NCBI RefSeq assembly: GCF_963921235.1 | Contig: NC_086097.1 | Location: forward strand, 122,638,001 to 122,702,000 | Length of the DNA stretch: 64,000 nucleotides | Direction of reading: 5' to 3' | From: Mobula hypostoma | Lineage: Eukaryota | Shown here: positions 35,830-50,075 of the stretch, one piece after another | Numbering within the stretch: the first letter of the stretch is position 1 | How the letters are laid out: each line of letters starts with the position of its first letter | Made by a program: the position numbers and the translations under genes | The notes under the pieces: model-generated | Told to the model about the DNA's origin: nothing | What the model saw: only the letters and a program-made list of their open reading frames with translations | Database searches by the model: none

Positions 35830-38800
35830 TTTCCTTTTCAATATTTTTATTGATTACTTACAAAAAATACAGAGTACAGGAGGCTATATATCATATATCA
35901 TATACAATATATGTGAATCACACTTATAGTTTCATTACCCTATATTCGTGTAAATTAAATTGAATCGTAATATTGAAACATAATAATTTTATTATTACAC
36001 AAAAATAATCTAAACCCACTATCGAGAAGGCTGTTTGGTAAAGAAAGAAAAAGGAAAAAAATCCTTATCATATAGTAAAGCATATTATTAGCCAACATCT
36101 GTACTTGATAGCAAATCAAAGATTTTGAAAGCAATTCAAAAAAGGTTCCCACAGTTAAAAAGTCTTGTCTTGATTCAGAAGTTGAACAACAAATCTTCTC
36201 TAAATTTAAGCATGGCATAAAATCGGTTAGCCATTGAGATGACTATGCAGAGCAACATCCTTCCACCTGAGCAACAATGCCCTCCTAGCTATAAGAGAAA
36301 TAAAAACCAAAGTGCGCAAATCAGGTGTTTCCAAGATAATATTTTTTTCTCCAACAATATCGAATAAGGCAGTCAAAGGGTTTGGTTTAAAATTTACTTT
36401 AAAAAGCACAGAAAAAGTTTGAAATACTTTCAGTATTTTTCAAGACTTCGGCATGTCCAGAGCATATGAATTAATGAAGTCTCTCCATTGTTACATTTGT
36501 CACAATAGGGAGATATATCCAAATAAAAACGAGACAGCTTATCTTTAGTCATGTGGGCCCTATGGACCACTTTAAATTGTAGGAGGGAGTGATGGGCACA
36601 CATCGATGATGTATTAACCAATTTAAAAATTTTATTTCAAGTTTCCTCAGAAATTGAAGTTGTAAAACTTGTTCCCAGAGATTTTTGATTTTGTCTAAAG
36701 GAACGTTTTTCATTCCCAACAACATACTATAAATATTAGATATTGATCCATTATGAAAGGGTTTCAAATTAAAAATTACACCTAATAAATTCTTATCAGG
36801 ATTTCTAGGAAATGTATGTAATTGAGACTGCAAAAAGTCTCTAATTTGTAAATATCGAGAAAAGTGGGTTTTTGGTAAACTACATATAGTTGACAACTGC
36901 TCAAATGAAAAGAGACTTCCCCCACAAATAGATACTGAAAGCATTTAATACCCAGTCTATCCTAATCTTTAAAAGTTATATCAGTCATAGAAGGTTTAAC
37001 TTGAAAGAGAAAATCTCAATAAACCAAAATATTTTCGAAATTGTACCCAAATCCTCAAAGTATGTTTAACTACAAAACTATCAGTTAGTTTACTTAAAAA
37101 TAAAGGAATTGAGGACCCGAGAAGAGAGATGATAGAAAATTTATTAACAGAGTTAGCTTCTAAAGAAACCCAAACCGGACAGTCCTTTCGGTTAATATAA
37201 TATAACCAAAACATAAGGTTCCGTGCATTAACTGCCCAGTAATAAAATCTAAAATTTGGTAAAGCTAAATCTCCGTTCTTTTTAGCTTTTTGAAGATGGA
37301 CTTTATTTAATCAAGAATGTTTATTTTTCCATATATATGAAGATATGATAGGATCAAGAGAATCAAAAAAAGATTTAGGAATAAAAGCAGGTGCCTGAAA
37401 AAGGTATAAAAATTTAGGCAAAATATTCATTTTAATAGAGTTAATTCAGCCAATCAACGATAATGAAATGGGGGCGACCATTTTGATAGTGCCCTTTTTA
37501 CATAACTCAGCAAGTTAAAAAAATTCTTTAAATAAGTATTTATAATTCCTAGTAATTGTTACACCCAAATAAGTAAATTGATTTCTCACAGTTTTAAAAG
37601 AAAGTATTAATTGATACCAAATTATTCAAACAGAACGTTCACTCTTATGAAAATTTAGTTTATATCCTGAAAACTGACTAAAACAGGAGAGTAAAGAAAG
37701 TACCAAAGGTAAGGAAGTCTCAACATTAGAAATATAAAGCAAAAGGTCATTAGCATAAAGCGAAACTTTGTGAGTAATACCTCTCCTTAAAATACCAGTG
37801 ATATCATTAGATTCCTGGAAAGCAATAGCTAAGGGTTCTAAAGCCAGATCAAAAAGCAAAGGGCTCAGGGAACAGCCTTGTCTAGTTCCACATTGAAGTT
37901 TCAATGGTTTGGAATTCTGAGAGTTGGTAAGAACCCGAGCAGAGAGAGATAAATAAAGTAATTTAATCCCTTGAATAAAATCGGGCCCAAAATTAAAATT
38001 TTCTAAGGTTTTAAATAAGTAATTCCATTCAACCTGAGCGAAGGCTTTTTCAACGTCTAAGGATATCACACATTCCAATATCTCTCTAGAAGGAGAATAA
38101 ATAACATTTAATAAATGACGAATATTAAAATGGGAATATCGATTTTTAATAAATCCAGTCTGATCGTCAGAAATAACAGATGGCAAAATATTTTCAATTC
38201 TACAAGCTAGAACTTTCGATAGGATTTTAATGTCAACATTAAGTAAGGAGATAGGTCTCTATGACGAACATTCAGTTGGGTTCTCATTCTTTTTAAGAAT
38301 AAGCAAATTAGAAGCTTCATAAAAAGATTGCGGCTAATCTTTCCACCTTAAAGGAGTCAGAAAGGACTAAATATAAATAAGGTATAAGCAATAAGGAAAA
38401 AGCCTTATAAAATTCTTCAGAAAAACTGTCGGGACCCGGAGCCTTCCCCAGGTGCAATGAACATACAGCCTTGGCAATTTCCTCATAAGAAGTAGGTTGA
38501 TCCAACTGTTTTCGGTTATCATCAGAAAGTGTAGGGATATTTAATTGATCTAAGAAATTATAAATTACAGTATTATCTTTAGGAGAATCAGAACTATAAA
38601 GTTTAAAGTAAAATTCTCTAAAGACATCATTTATTTCTAAATGGTCAGTTGTCATATCACCATTAGCTTTACAGATTTCTTTAATTTGCCATTTAACTAT
38701 AAAGGTTTTTAACTAGTTAGCTAATAATTTACCTGTTTTGTCTCCAGGAACATAAGATTGACTTTTATCTTTAAGGAGCTGAGTTTCAATTGGATATGTT

Positions 38801-40905
38801 AAAAGAAGATCATATTTAGTTTTAATTTCAACACGCCTTTATATAAAGCAGGTTCTGGAGACAAGGCATATTATTGGTCCAGTTGTTTCAACTGATTAGC
38901 TAGTTCAATTCTCTCTTTGTTAGCTTTTCTCTTAACATTTGCAGTATAAGAAATAATTTGACCTCTAACATAAGCCTTAAAGTTATCCCATATAATAAGA
39001 CTAGAAGTCTCTTCCCTCATATTCTCTTCAAAAAAAAAATGATTTGTCTCTCCAAAAATTTTAAGAAATCCTTATCTGATAGCAAAGTTGTGTTAAAATG
39101 CCAAAATCTGTTTATTTGAAAGAAACCAGGGAGCTTTAAAGATAAAACCACAGGAGCATGATCTGAAACAGCAATCTCTTTATATTCACAGGATCGAACT
39201 AATGGAATCAATTGGCTGTCAATAAAAAAAAATAGATCCTGGATGAACATGGGAAAAAAAACAAATACTCTGTATCTATTGGATGCAAGAAACGCCAGAC
39301 ATCAACAATATCACATTTCATTAGAAAAGGTTGAATAAACAAGGCTGATTTACTACGTTTGTAAGTTGCGTGGGCTTAGAAGATGATCGATCTAAAACTG
39401 GGTCTAGCCAACAATTAAAATCTCCACCCAAAACCGATGAGTAAAGATATATCAGGTAGGAGCAAAAAACATCGCTCAAATTAATAGTATGATCCATTCT
39501 GAATATGACTTAAAAGAAAGTTTAGAATAGTAACCACTGAAATGTATATTAAATCCAAACAATGAACTCTGAGGTAAAGTAACCAGGCAACAGATGTGGC
39601 TAAGGGCCCAAGACAGCTCCCAGAGAAGAAAACACCAACCCCTCCACCCACCTCCCAAAGTCAAAAAGTTGACTAATAGACAGTCAACAGCTAAACCTAC
39701 TGACATTACCCTCCCAAAAAAAGCCTACTAGTTATGCTCCAAATAAATTTTCAAGGTTAGCTGCATTCCAACTAAACTAAACAAAAGAAAATTATTGAAA
39801 GAAAAAAGCACCTTGAAAAAAATAAGTATAATATGAAATATTTAAAAAAAAACTATCAAAATTCAAAACATATTAACACACAAGGTATTAACTCATTAAA
39901 ATCTTATTTTCTAAGTAAAACATTAAAGAGTTCAAGAAGAGAGTTAGCTACAAAGGCATATCAAAAGTAAAAGAAGCAATTAAAGAAGAAATTAAACAGT
40001 CAAATTTCTACGTCCAAAAACTCTTGGGCTTCCTGTGTCGAATGAAACCATTTCTGAGAACCATCCCTCAAGATAATTCTGAGTCGGGCAGGATAATGGA
40101 GAGATGGTTTAAAACCTCTGTTATACAGTTCTGACATAACCTTTTTAAACTTGAAGCGCTCATTCATCACCTCAGGTGAATAATCTTTGATGACACTGAT
40201 CTTCTGACTGTTGCAATCAATACCTCTTTGATGGGATTCACAAATTAAAAGTTTGTTTGTTTGAAAATCTTGAAGACAGTTTATCACAGATCGGGGCTTC
40301 TCTCCTACAGCAGGTCTGGGCACGGGTAATCTATGCGCTCGGTCAATTTCAGGTGGAGCCCCTTTTAAAATTTTAGGGAATAATTTTGGCAAGAAGTTTG
40401 CAAAGAATTCCATAGGCTGGTTACCTTCCATTAACTCTACAAAACCCAGAATTCATAGATTATTTCTTCTATTTCTATTTTCCAAGTCAATAATCTTCTG
40501 TCGTAATTTTTCATTAGACTTTGACTGATTTTCACAAAGCGTTTGCAGATCTTCAATTTTCGCGTCCAAAATTGTCACAGTATCTTCAACCTCCTGTGGT
40601 CATTTATCATGTTCACTTAAGGCTTTTTGAATAGAATCAAATTTTACATCAGTTTGTTTAATTTCAGAGCTGAGTTGCTGAAATTCCTCAGAGAATTCCT
40701 TTTTATGTTTCCAAATCATCTCCATAATAGATTCCAAAGTTACAGGATGGTCCTCTTCTTTTTTTGTAGCTTTAGCACCCCTCATAATAACAATATTACG
40801 TTTAAAAGTAAGATTTCTACAAAGGTTGGAATCAGCAAACTAAGTAATATAGGAGCAGCTCCAAGAAGTTGTTACTCCATCAACAACCAGTAGGCATCTC
40901 AGCAT
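35830..40905 (-). mobile_element. Near full-length decayed LINE-1
   Basis: ORF1 40785-40000; ORF2 from ATG 39497 with GGDFNC, SDHAP, KAPGPD, DQTGFIKNR, GTRQGCSLSPLLF, SLYAND and a CxxC..H..C knuckle; AATAAA plus A-rich end at ~35850. Confidence 0.93.
40000..40785 (-). pseudogene. L1 ORF1 (coiled coil + RRM + CTD), disrupted
   Basis: DLENRNRRNNL, EIDRAHR, KDYSPEV, LHYPARLRI. Confidence 0.9.
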
Positions 40906-41199
40906 CTAAACCATCTAAACCATCTGTAAACTTTTGATGGTCTATGGACATGGGCCTCAAAGATCTCTCTGTTGCTCCATACTGCTAAGATTTCTACCAT
41001 TAACTCTATAGTCCGCTTTCAAACTTGATGTTCCAAAGTGAATCACTTCACCATATCTTAAATTTTGCTGTAGTTCGAGTTATTGACTGACTGGCAGGAG
41101 GTGAAGACTGGGAATAAAGAGGGCCTTTTCTGGATTCATGGGTTAGTGCAAATGTCAAAGTAAAGGAAGAAAGAAGACAACAGTGACTCATGAATCCAG

Positions 41200-41590
41200 C
41201 CAGGAAGTTGAGGACATGCACCGTGGACACTTGTAGATTAAACATGTGCATTGTTATCTCATGATTCTGGTTAGGGAAGGTGAAGAGAAGATGCACCTTC
41301 AACAGTGGCATCAGAGCCTTGTGCCCCTTCTCCCATTCTCCTAAGAGCCCTGTAACATCTTCTAAAATCCCACTGGGTACTTAAAGATACCATTACTCAG
41401 AAAGTTCTGGAGGCAGTAGATGTTCTTGCAGTACTTCAGTAGGACCTTCTTGATGAAGATCCTGGTGAAGGGGTTCCTTTCAATGTTGTCCTTCACTACC
41501 ACCCTGACAGTGCTTTGAATCTCCTGTCTTCCTCCTGAGATGCTTCTCAGTGCTGCCATCCTGAGAGAGTCGGCTAGTTATAGCAAGTTT
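41200..41590 (-). mobile_element. Decayed N-terminus of a Tx1-like LINE ORF1 (ZCCHC3-like)
   Basis: STVRVVVKD...FIKKVLL...IYCLQNF and LFTFPNQNHEITMHMFN...VLNFLA resemble Tx1 ORF1 N-termini (recognised from memory). Confidence 0.6.
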
Positions 41591-42189
41591 AATTGCTGGA
41601 AAGTGGTGGTTTCTCAGTCTGTGTTAGGATCAAGCCCTATGTCTCAAAGTTAAGCTCTGTTCTACTGTGAATGCCTGGAAGAAAATGAATCTCAGGGTGG
41701 TACATGGTGACATATACAGTACGTACTTTGATAATGAATCTATTTTGAACCTTTGAAGCAGCCTTGACCACCAAGTGTCACTGTTATCTTCTTTCTTCTT
41801 CATCTTTGACATTTGCGTTCACCCATTAATCTACTTCATAGATCAACATCTGTGACTACTATCCTGGGGCAATCAGCTTTTGGTTCATAGTCTCTCTCCC
41901 TGACAGGAGGCTCTGGTCTTGGTGCGATATGACTCAGACTTGGGTAGACAACCTTGAGAGGTAGGAACCCAGGACAGTGATGGTGACTATTGGGATTCCT
42001 CAAGGAACACAGAGAAAAATAAAATATGAACAAAACTAAAGGAAGCATAATCTATTTAGATTGGATCATTACTTCTATGCTTCTGGCTGTGGTCCAGGTA
42101 GCTTAAATATGTCAAGACCTACTCTTATTGTTGAGGTCTGTATCTCTCATATAAAGGTCACTTGCTAATTAGACTCATTGAGGATGAAA

Positions 42190-42645
42190 ATACAAAAGCA
42201 AGGATGTAATGCTGAAGTTTTATAAGGCATTGCTCAGACCACACTTGGAGTATTGTGAGCTGCTTTGGGTCCTTTATCTAGGAAAGGATGTGCTAGTATT
42301 AGAGAGTCCAGAGGAGGTTCACAAGAATGATCCCAGGAATGAACAAGTTAACATAGGTATCATCCCTATGACCAGATGGCACAGCCTCAAAATAGAGTAT
42401 TTCCAATTTGAACAGAGATGAGGAGGACTTTTTTTTTACCCAGAGGGTGGTGAATCTGTGGAATTCATTGCCACACACATTTGTGGAGGCCAAGTTACTG
42501 GATACATTTAAAGTAAAAACTGATAGGTTTTTAATTAAGAGCGACAAGGGTTGAAAGGGATAATAAGTCAGCTATGATGGAATGGTAGAGCAGACTCAGT
42601 GGGTCTGATCGTCTAATTCTACTCCTGTATCGTATAGTCTTATGT
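42190..42645 (+). mobile_element. CR1 3' fragment
   Basis: LKFYKALLRPHLEYC; FFTQRVVNLWNSLP-type segment; 3' UTR. Confidence 0.8.
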
Positions 42646-43699
42646 ACCCAGTGCCTTCCGTATCACTCGCACAGAGGGTCCAGAATGAATTTCACGTACC
42701 ACAAAAATGGACTGAAAGAGAAAATGATCATGTTTATGTCAAGATTTTAGGCAAAGTTCAATTCCATGAGGCTCAGAAAACTTGTTCCATGTGAATTTGT
42801 GATAATGTACTGGTGAACCTGCATTGGTTTACTGCTTGAGATCATCCTTATCAGTCACTCTCCCGTCTCTTTCATCCTCTAGAGTTTCCAAGCAGATTAA
42901 CTATCACTGCCTTTCTCCACAGTTTGCTGCGGGGTGTCTGAACATTGAAACATACAGTGAATTGTGTTGTTTGTGTCGATAACCATGACACAGTCTGAGA
43001 TGTGCTGAAGGTAGCCCGCAAGTGCCCCATGCTTCCTGCACCAAAATAGCAGTTATTACCCTTCAACATCAGCCCCTGAACCAGCGTTTACATGTGATGA
43101 CATGTATGTACTCTGATAATAAATTTAACTTTGAACCTTGAACCTACTCTAAGGTCAATTTAACCCTTCACTTCCACACAGCCCTCCATTTTTCTATCTT
43201 CCATGTGGCTATCTAAGAGTTTCTTAAATGCCCTTGATGTACCTGCCTCTGTGAGAGAGTCTGTAGATGCCATCTTGGTCTTATCAGCCACCTGAAAACA
43301 CACAAAATGGAAGTAAATCATCACCAAGGGACTGTCTAAGAATAAGACTTCGTTATTACTATAATCTAGCTTTCCTGAGGAGACATGTCAAGTGTTTATT
43401 AACATCTAGGACTAACTCTTTACCTCTGCTGGTGGATCTCCCCTTTTATCCTTGAGAAGCTTACTCCTCAAAGTTCAATGTAACTGTATTATCAAAGTAC
43501 ATATATGTCACCATAAACTACCTTGAGTTTCAATTTTTGCAGGCATTCATAGTAGAAGAGAGAAATAAAACAGAATACTTCGTTTACGGAATAAGGTCTT
43601 TGTTCAGGATCAGGAGAGATCGTTGTACTGATGACCTTCGTAGCCCGAAACATTGACTGTTTATTCCCTTCAATAGATGCTGCTTGACCGGCATTTTGT

Positions 43700-44090
43700 C
43701 TGGTCAGACTGTGACTAGGATTGACAGGGATACTGGGCTAAGACCAGGATCAGGATGGACAGTGGAGTCTTTGAGTAAGATCTGGCAAAGGTGGTGAGGA
43801 TTATGACCAGAATCAGGAGGGATGACAGGGACCATCACTGGAGTCACAAAGGATGTTAGGTCTGTGATCAGGATAGGGATGGGTGCTCTGGACTATGAAC
43901 AGATTTAGTGGGGGTGCTCAGGATTGTGATCAGCTTCAGGAGGGGATTTAGGACAATGATCAGGATCAGAATGGCTTGTAATGGACTAAGACCAGATTCA
44001 AGAGGAATGCCGGCGAATGTGACCGGGAGTGGGTCAGATAGTAGGATCATGACCAGGATCTGAAGGGTTGGATTCTGGTCCAGGATCTCC
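43700..44090. repeat. Degenerate GACCAGGATCAGG-type tandem tract
   Basis: Recurrent CAGGAT/GATCAG motifs. Confidence 0.5.
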
Positions 44091-44212
44091 TGGCCACAGC
44101 CCAGTCATCCCAGGGTATAATCTGGCTGTTTTCAATGTGAATCAATGCTCCTCCTCCCCCTTCCTTGCTCTTTCTTATCATTATTGTTTGATTCTGTATG
44201 TACATTAAAAAC

Positions 44213-44400
44213 ACACTCAGCAGCTACTTTATTAGGTACACCTGTACACACACTCACTAATACAAATATCTGATCAGCCAATTATTTGGAATCAACTCAT
44301 AGCATAAAGGCATGCAGGCATGGTCAAGAGGTTCCATTCTTGCTCAATCAAATAGCAGAACGAGGAGGAAATATGACCTAAGTGACTTTGACCGTGGATG
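44213..44400 (+). mobile_element. Left end of a non-autonomous Tc1 derivative
   Basis: CACTCAGCAGCTACTTTATTAGGTACACCTG TIR followed by internal sequence homologous to 11385. Confidence 0.75.
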
Positions 44401-45461
44401 TCTGACATGGTCTGACACGGAAGTTTGACCAAACATGAGGGTTGGTCGGTTTGTAAGCCTGGAGTTTGGGGTCCCATCATTGGCTAGTCGATGGGTCAAT
44501 ACTGAAGATTGAAACCCAGAAATCAATTGGTAGTCCAGGAGTCAAAGCCCAATGGTCAAAATCTCGAGCCTAGAGGCTAGAAACTGAAGGCCCAAAAGCT
44601 TGTTCTGGAGTTGGAGGACTGTTTGTGTGTGTTGATGTGAGGGAGGGAAGAAAGGGCTTGTTTTGCTGTTGTTTTGATCCTTGTGTTTCATTTTGTTGTG
44701 TTCTGGGTTGTTTTGCGAAGCATTGTAGGATTGTAAGCATGCTATTTTGGTGTAGAAATGTACGGCAGTGCTTGCGAGCTGCCCCAGCACATCCTTAGGC
44801 GTGCTGGGTGCTAATGCAAATGATGCATTTCACTGTTAGCTGAATCAGAATTTGAATCTGAAAACTGTGCTTGGCCAAAACAATCCAAAGACTTTGTGGG
44901 GTGTTCTCCAGATTCATTAATACTGCACAATAAATGTATTCTGTACTACTCTAGACTTCTTGATTTTATTTCACCTCTACAAATTTCACCTCTCATTCTG
45001 GCTGAAAGAAGAAGGGGTAAAAGCAGAACTGCAGGCGAAGGAGGACCAAAGGTAGAGATTCCTGTCAAAGCAGAGGTCAAGCCATGGTTAAGGAAGATGG
45101 AAGATGTCCCATGAGTATTGCTATGAAAAATCTCATCAGTGGAACTGAAATTAAGCTATTAGAGAAACTGAAAGAATGGGGTCAATTAAATTAGGAACAG
45201 AAATTCAGAAATGTTTTCCTATAGCTTGGCATATAATTTGCATCCCATCTCCCAAGCATAAAATAGTTCCTACTCCCAGGCATAATTGGCCTTGAGGAGT
45301 AGCAGATTTTATCATTTCTCTGCGATATTTTCTTTTTTCTCTTCTTCCCAGAATTTTATTCCTACAAGAAGTACCTCAAGCATCATCAATAGTGCAAATG
45401 TCTGGGACAAAGAGTCGTGCCTGTCTGAACAAACCAATAATTCCTCAAATCTGCCTACTCT

Positions 45462-45995
45462 GCCTAATAAAGTGGTCACTGAGTATGTTCGCGCTATTCT
45501 GCTGCAATAGCCCATCCACTTCAATATTCAGTGTGTTGTGCATTCAGAGATGCTGTTCTGCACATCACTGTTGTAACGCTTGGTTATTACCGTTGCCTTC
45601 CTGTTGACTTAAACCAGTCCAGACATCCTCTTCTGTACTCTCTCATTAACAAGGCATCTTCATAAACAGAAAGGGCACTCACTGAATGATTTTTTGTTTG
45701 TTTTTCACACCATTCTCTATAAACTCTAGAGAATATTGTGTGTGAAAATCCCAGGAGATCACCAGTTTTTGAGATACTCAAACCACCCCATCTGGCACCA
45801 ACAGTCATTCCATAATTGAAAGTCACTTCGAACACATTCCTTCACCATTCTGATGTTTATTCTGAACATAAACTGAACCTCTTGGCCAGTCTGCATGCTT
45901 TTATGCATGGAGCTGCTGCCACATGATTAGCTGATTAGATATTTGCATTAACCAGCAGATGTACAGGTGTACCTAATAAAGTGGTCACTGGATGT
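45462..45995 (-). mobile_element. Non-autonomous Tc1 derivative
   Basis: VGARWGGLSISKTGDLLGFSHTIFSRVYREW; CCTAATAAAGTGGTCACTG at both ends. Confidence 0.85.
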
Positions 45996-47435
45996 TTACA
46001 TAACTGCAGCTGTTCTTATACTCATATTTTACTTTCTTTCCCTCTGATGTAATAAATATTCATTACGGTGTAAATGTCATCCTGTGCACAATTACAATTG
46101 TGCTTTAAACATCAATGTATTCAAGACTATCTTAACAATAAAGGTTTAGATGTTGTGAGTCAGCAGAATTAAACTCAACTATATTTTTATATAGAAAATC
46201 AAAACACTAAACAAGCCGGGATTACTAAATCAGGTATAAGCATTATGTAGTGAATCTTGTTTATAAATAATAAAATTAATCTATTATGTGAATGCAGACA
46301 ATGGTAAATCTGCAAATGTGTGGTCGGATTTTAGGCAGACAGACCAGCGAAGTGAGGATTGGTGACCTCTCTCCGCCCTGGGGTCAATGAGTAGTCAGCA
46401 GGTTCTGGGATTGGAGTTCTGTTCAGACAGGAGGCTTGAGGGCCAGCGACTTCCTAGGTCTGCAAGTTGGTAAGACCAGAGTTCAAGGCCTCTTATCTTT
46501 GGCCAGTCCAGAGTTTGAGGCCTGGAGTTCAGCATCCTCATCCAGGGTCATCATTCATCTAAATCGCAAGTCCTGCGTTTAATAGGATCAAAGCCCAAAG
46601 ATCAATGAGGAGTCTGGAAATCCAGGCCTGATGGACAGATGCCTGATTCTGTGCATCGAATAGGGAAGTTGAAAGCCCAGTGTCTGCGATTCCATGAGTC
46701 CGCTGGAGGTTGGATGCTGGAAACAGCCTGTCCTGGTGTTGTTGGTGGGAAAGAGGGAGCAATATGGTTTGTTTTGCTGTTGTCATTTTAATGTTTATTG
46801 TGTTCTGCTTTGTTGTGTTCTATGTTATTCTGCCATGCTATGTTGGTGCCAGATTGTGACTCTTGCAGGCTGCCCCCAGCACACCCTTAGGTTTTGTTGG
46901 TTGTTAACACTAACGATGCATTTCATTGTGTGTTTTGAAGTACATGTGATAAATAAATGAATCTGAATCTGAATTTAAATTATATATAATTCAAAAAGAA
47001 AAACAACTTTAGAGAAACTCTAAAGTTTAAAGAAATTAAAAACACCTCACCTTTTTGTAAAGACTGAGTCTTCCAACATATGAAATATAATTAAGAAATT
47101 CTTGAAACCAGTAATAATGACGTAATTTAATCAGAGAGTGAAGAAAATGAATATTGAGTGAAATAAAAGGATTATTCACATTAATATAATCCAACACTTC
47201 AGTGTGTAGAATTGCACTTTGCAGTTACCACCCATTTTTTCTTAATGCAAACACAACCTAGCTCCTTCATCTAAGATTCTTGCATTTAACACTGCAGAAG
47301 GATTCAAAAAATAAGTAAGCCATATAACAAAATTTAACTATTTCAGATGTTAACTGAATCCTTTCAAGAGCTAACAGCCTTGAGAAGGATTGGGGGCTAC
47401 TGAAGAAGATGGTGAATGCAACTTCTTAAAACATC

Positions 47436-50075
47436 AAAATCAGAATCGGATTTAATATCATTGCAATACAGTGCCACAGTCAAGGGTGTGGAGAGAGCAC
47501 AGCAGTGGGCCAAGCATGCATCCTTGAGGTGCGCCGGTGTTAATTGTCAGCAAGTAGATGTTATTTGTGATATGCACTAAGTGTGGTCTCCCGATGAGTA
47601 AGTCCAGTTGCAGAGTGAGGTAAAAAGGCCCAGATTTTGGAGCTTGTTTATTAGCACTGATAGAAACATAGAAACATAGAAAATAGGTGCAGGAGTAGGC
47701 CATTCGGCCCTTCGAGCCTGCACCGCCATTCAGTATGATCATGGCTGATCATCCAACTCAGAACCCTGTACCAGCCTTCCCTCCATACCCCCTGATCCCT
47801 TTAGCCACAAGGGCCATATCTAACTCCCTCTTAAATATAGCCAAAGAACCGGCCTCAATTGTTTCCTGTGGCAGAGAATTCCACAGATTCACCACTCTCT
47901 GTGTGAAGAAGTTTTTCCTAATCTCGGTCCTAAAAGGCTTCCCCTTTATCCTCAAACTGTGATCCCTCGTTCTGGACCTCCCCAACATCAGGAACAATCG
48001 TCCTGCATCTAGCCTGTCCAATCCCTTTAGGATTTTATACATTTCAATCAGATCCCCCCTCAATCTTCTAAATTCCAATGAGTATAAGCCTAGTTCATCC
48101 AGTCTTTCATCATATGATATTCCTGCCATCCCAGGAATCAATCTGGTGAACCTTCTTTGTACTCCTTCTATGGCAAGGATGTCTTTCCTCAGATTAGGGG
48201 ACCAAATCTGCACACAATACTCCAGGTGTGGTCTCACCAAGGCCTTGTACAACTGCAGTAGTACCTCCCTGCTCCTGTACTCGAATCCTCTTGCTATAAA
48301 TGCCAGCATACCATTCGCCTTTTTCACCACCTGCTGTACCTGCATGCCCACTTTCAATGACTGGTGTATAATGACACCCAGGTCTCGTTGCACCTCCCCT
48401 TTTCCTAATCGGCCACCATTCAGATAATAATCTGTTTTCCTGTTTTTGCCACCACAGTGGATAATTTCACATTTATCCACATTAAATTGCATCTGCCATG
48501 AATTTGCCCACTCACCTAACCTATCCAAGTCACCCTGCACCCTCTTAGCATCCTCCTCACAGCTAACACTGCCGCCCAGCTTCATGTCATCCGCAAACTT
48601 GGAGATGCTGCATTTAATTCCCTCATCCAAGTCATTAATATATATTGTAAACAACTGGGGTCCCAGCACTGAGCCTTGCAGTACCCCACTAGTCACTGCC
48701 TGCCATTTTGAAAAGGTCCCGTTTATTCCCACTCTTTGCTTCCTGTCTGCCAACCAATTCTCTATCCACATCAATACCTTACCCCCAATACAGTGTGCTT
48801 TAAGTTTGCACACTAATCTCCTGTGTGGGACCTTGTCAAAAGCCTTTTGAAAATCCAAATATACCACATCCACTGGTTCTCCCCTATCCACTCTACTAGT
48901 TACACTAGTTACATTCTCAAAAATTTCTATGAGATTCGTCAGACATGATTTTCCTTTCGCAAATCCATGCTGACTTTGGCCGATGATTTCACCGCTTTCC
49001 AAATGTGCTGTTATCACATCTTCGATAACTGACTCTAGCAGTTTCCCCACCACCGATGTTAGGCTAACCAGTCTATAATTCACTGGTTTCTCTCTCCCTC
49101 CTTTTTTAAAAAGTGGGGTTACATTAGCCACCCTCCAATCCTCAGGAACTAGTCCAGAATCTAAAGAGTTTTGAAAAATTATCACTAATGCATCCACTAT
49201 TTCTTGGGCTACTTCCTTAAGCACTCTGGGATGCAGACCATCTGGCCCTGGGGATTTATCTGCCTTTAATACCTTCAATTTACCTAATACCACTTCCCTA
49301 CTAACATGTATTTCCCTCAGTTCCTCCATCTCACTGGACCCTCTGTACCCTACTATTTCCGGAAGATTATTTATGTCCTCCTTAGTGAAGACAGAACCAA
49401 AGTAATTATTCAATTGGTCTGCCATGTCCTTGCTCCCCATAATCAATTCACCTGTTTCTGTCTGTAGGGGACCTACATTTGTCTTAACTAATCTTTTTCT
49501 TTTCACATATCTATAAAAGCTTTTACAGTCAGTTTTTATGTTCCCTGCCAGTTTTCTCGCATAATCTATTTTCCCCTTCCTAATTAAACCCTTTGTCCTC
49601 TTCTGCTGAACTCTGAATTTCTCCCAGTCCTCAGGTGAGCCACTTGCTCTGTCTAATTTGTATGCTTCTTCTTTGGAATTGATACTATCCCTAATTTCCC
49701 TTGTCAGCCACGGGTGTACTACCTTCCTTGATTTATTCTTTTGCCAAACTGGGATGAACAATTGTTGTAGTTCATCCATGCGATCTTTAAATGCTTGCCG
49801 TTGCATATCCACCGTCAACCCTTTAAGTGTCATTTGCCAGTTTACCTTAGCTAATTCACATCTCATACCTTCAAAGTTACCCTTCTTTAAGTTCAGAACC
49901 TTTGTTTGATGGTATGATGGTGTTGAACGCTGAGCAATCAGCAGTAGCCCAACACATAGGTAGTACTGTTGTCCAGGTGATCCAAGCCCGAGTGGAGAGA
50001 CAGTGTGATTGTATCTACTGTAGACCTACTGTGGTGATAGGCAAATCCCAGTGGGCCTAGGTCCTTCATTAGGAC
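47436..50075 (-). mobile_element. Rex1/Babar RT fragment split by CR1 copy C
   Basis: TINTGAPQGCMLGPLL on the left; FAYHHSRSTVDTITLSLHSGLDHLDN on the right. Confidence 0.8.
47662..49907 (-). mobile_element. Young CR1 copy C, 5'-truncated; uninterrupted RT-containing frame (47758-49866)
   Basis: 702-aa ORF with FADD and a 9-bp duplication (VTSVTS); (CATAGAAA)n tail; possible 3-bp TSD GAT at 47659-47661 and 49908-49910. Confidence 0.98.

Noticed and set aside
42675..42795. Peptide ENDHVYVKILGKVQFHEAQKTCS, loosely like a C-type lectin start
   Set aside because: Short, with weak splice signals, an immediate stop and no further lectin exons.
47758..49866. RT ORFs as retron, DGR or group II intron systems
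   Set aside because: The APE-RT layout, CR1 3' hairpin and microsatellite tails identify vertebrate LINEs; there is no operon structure.
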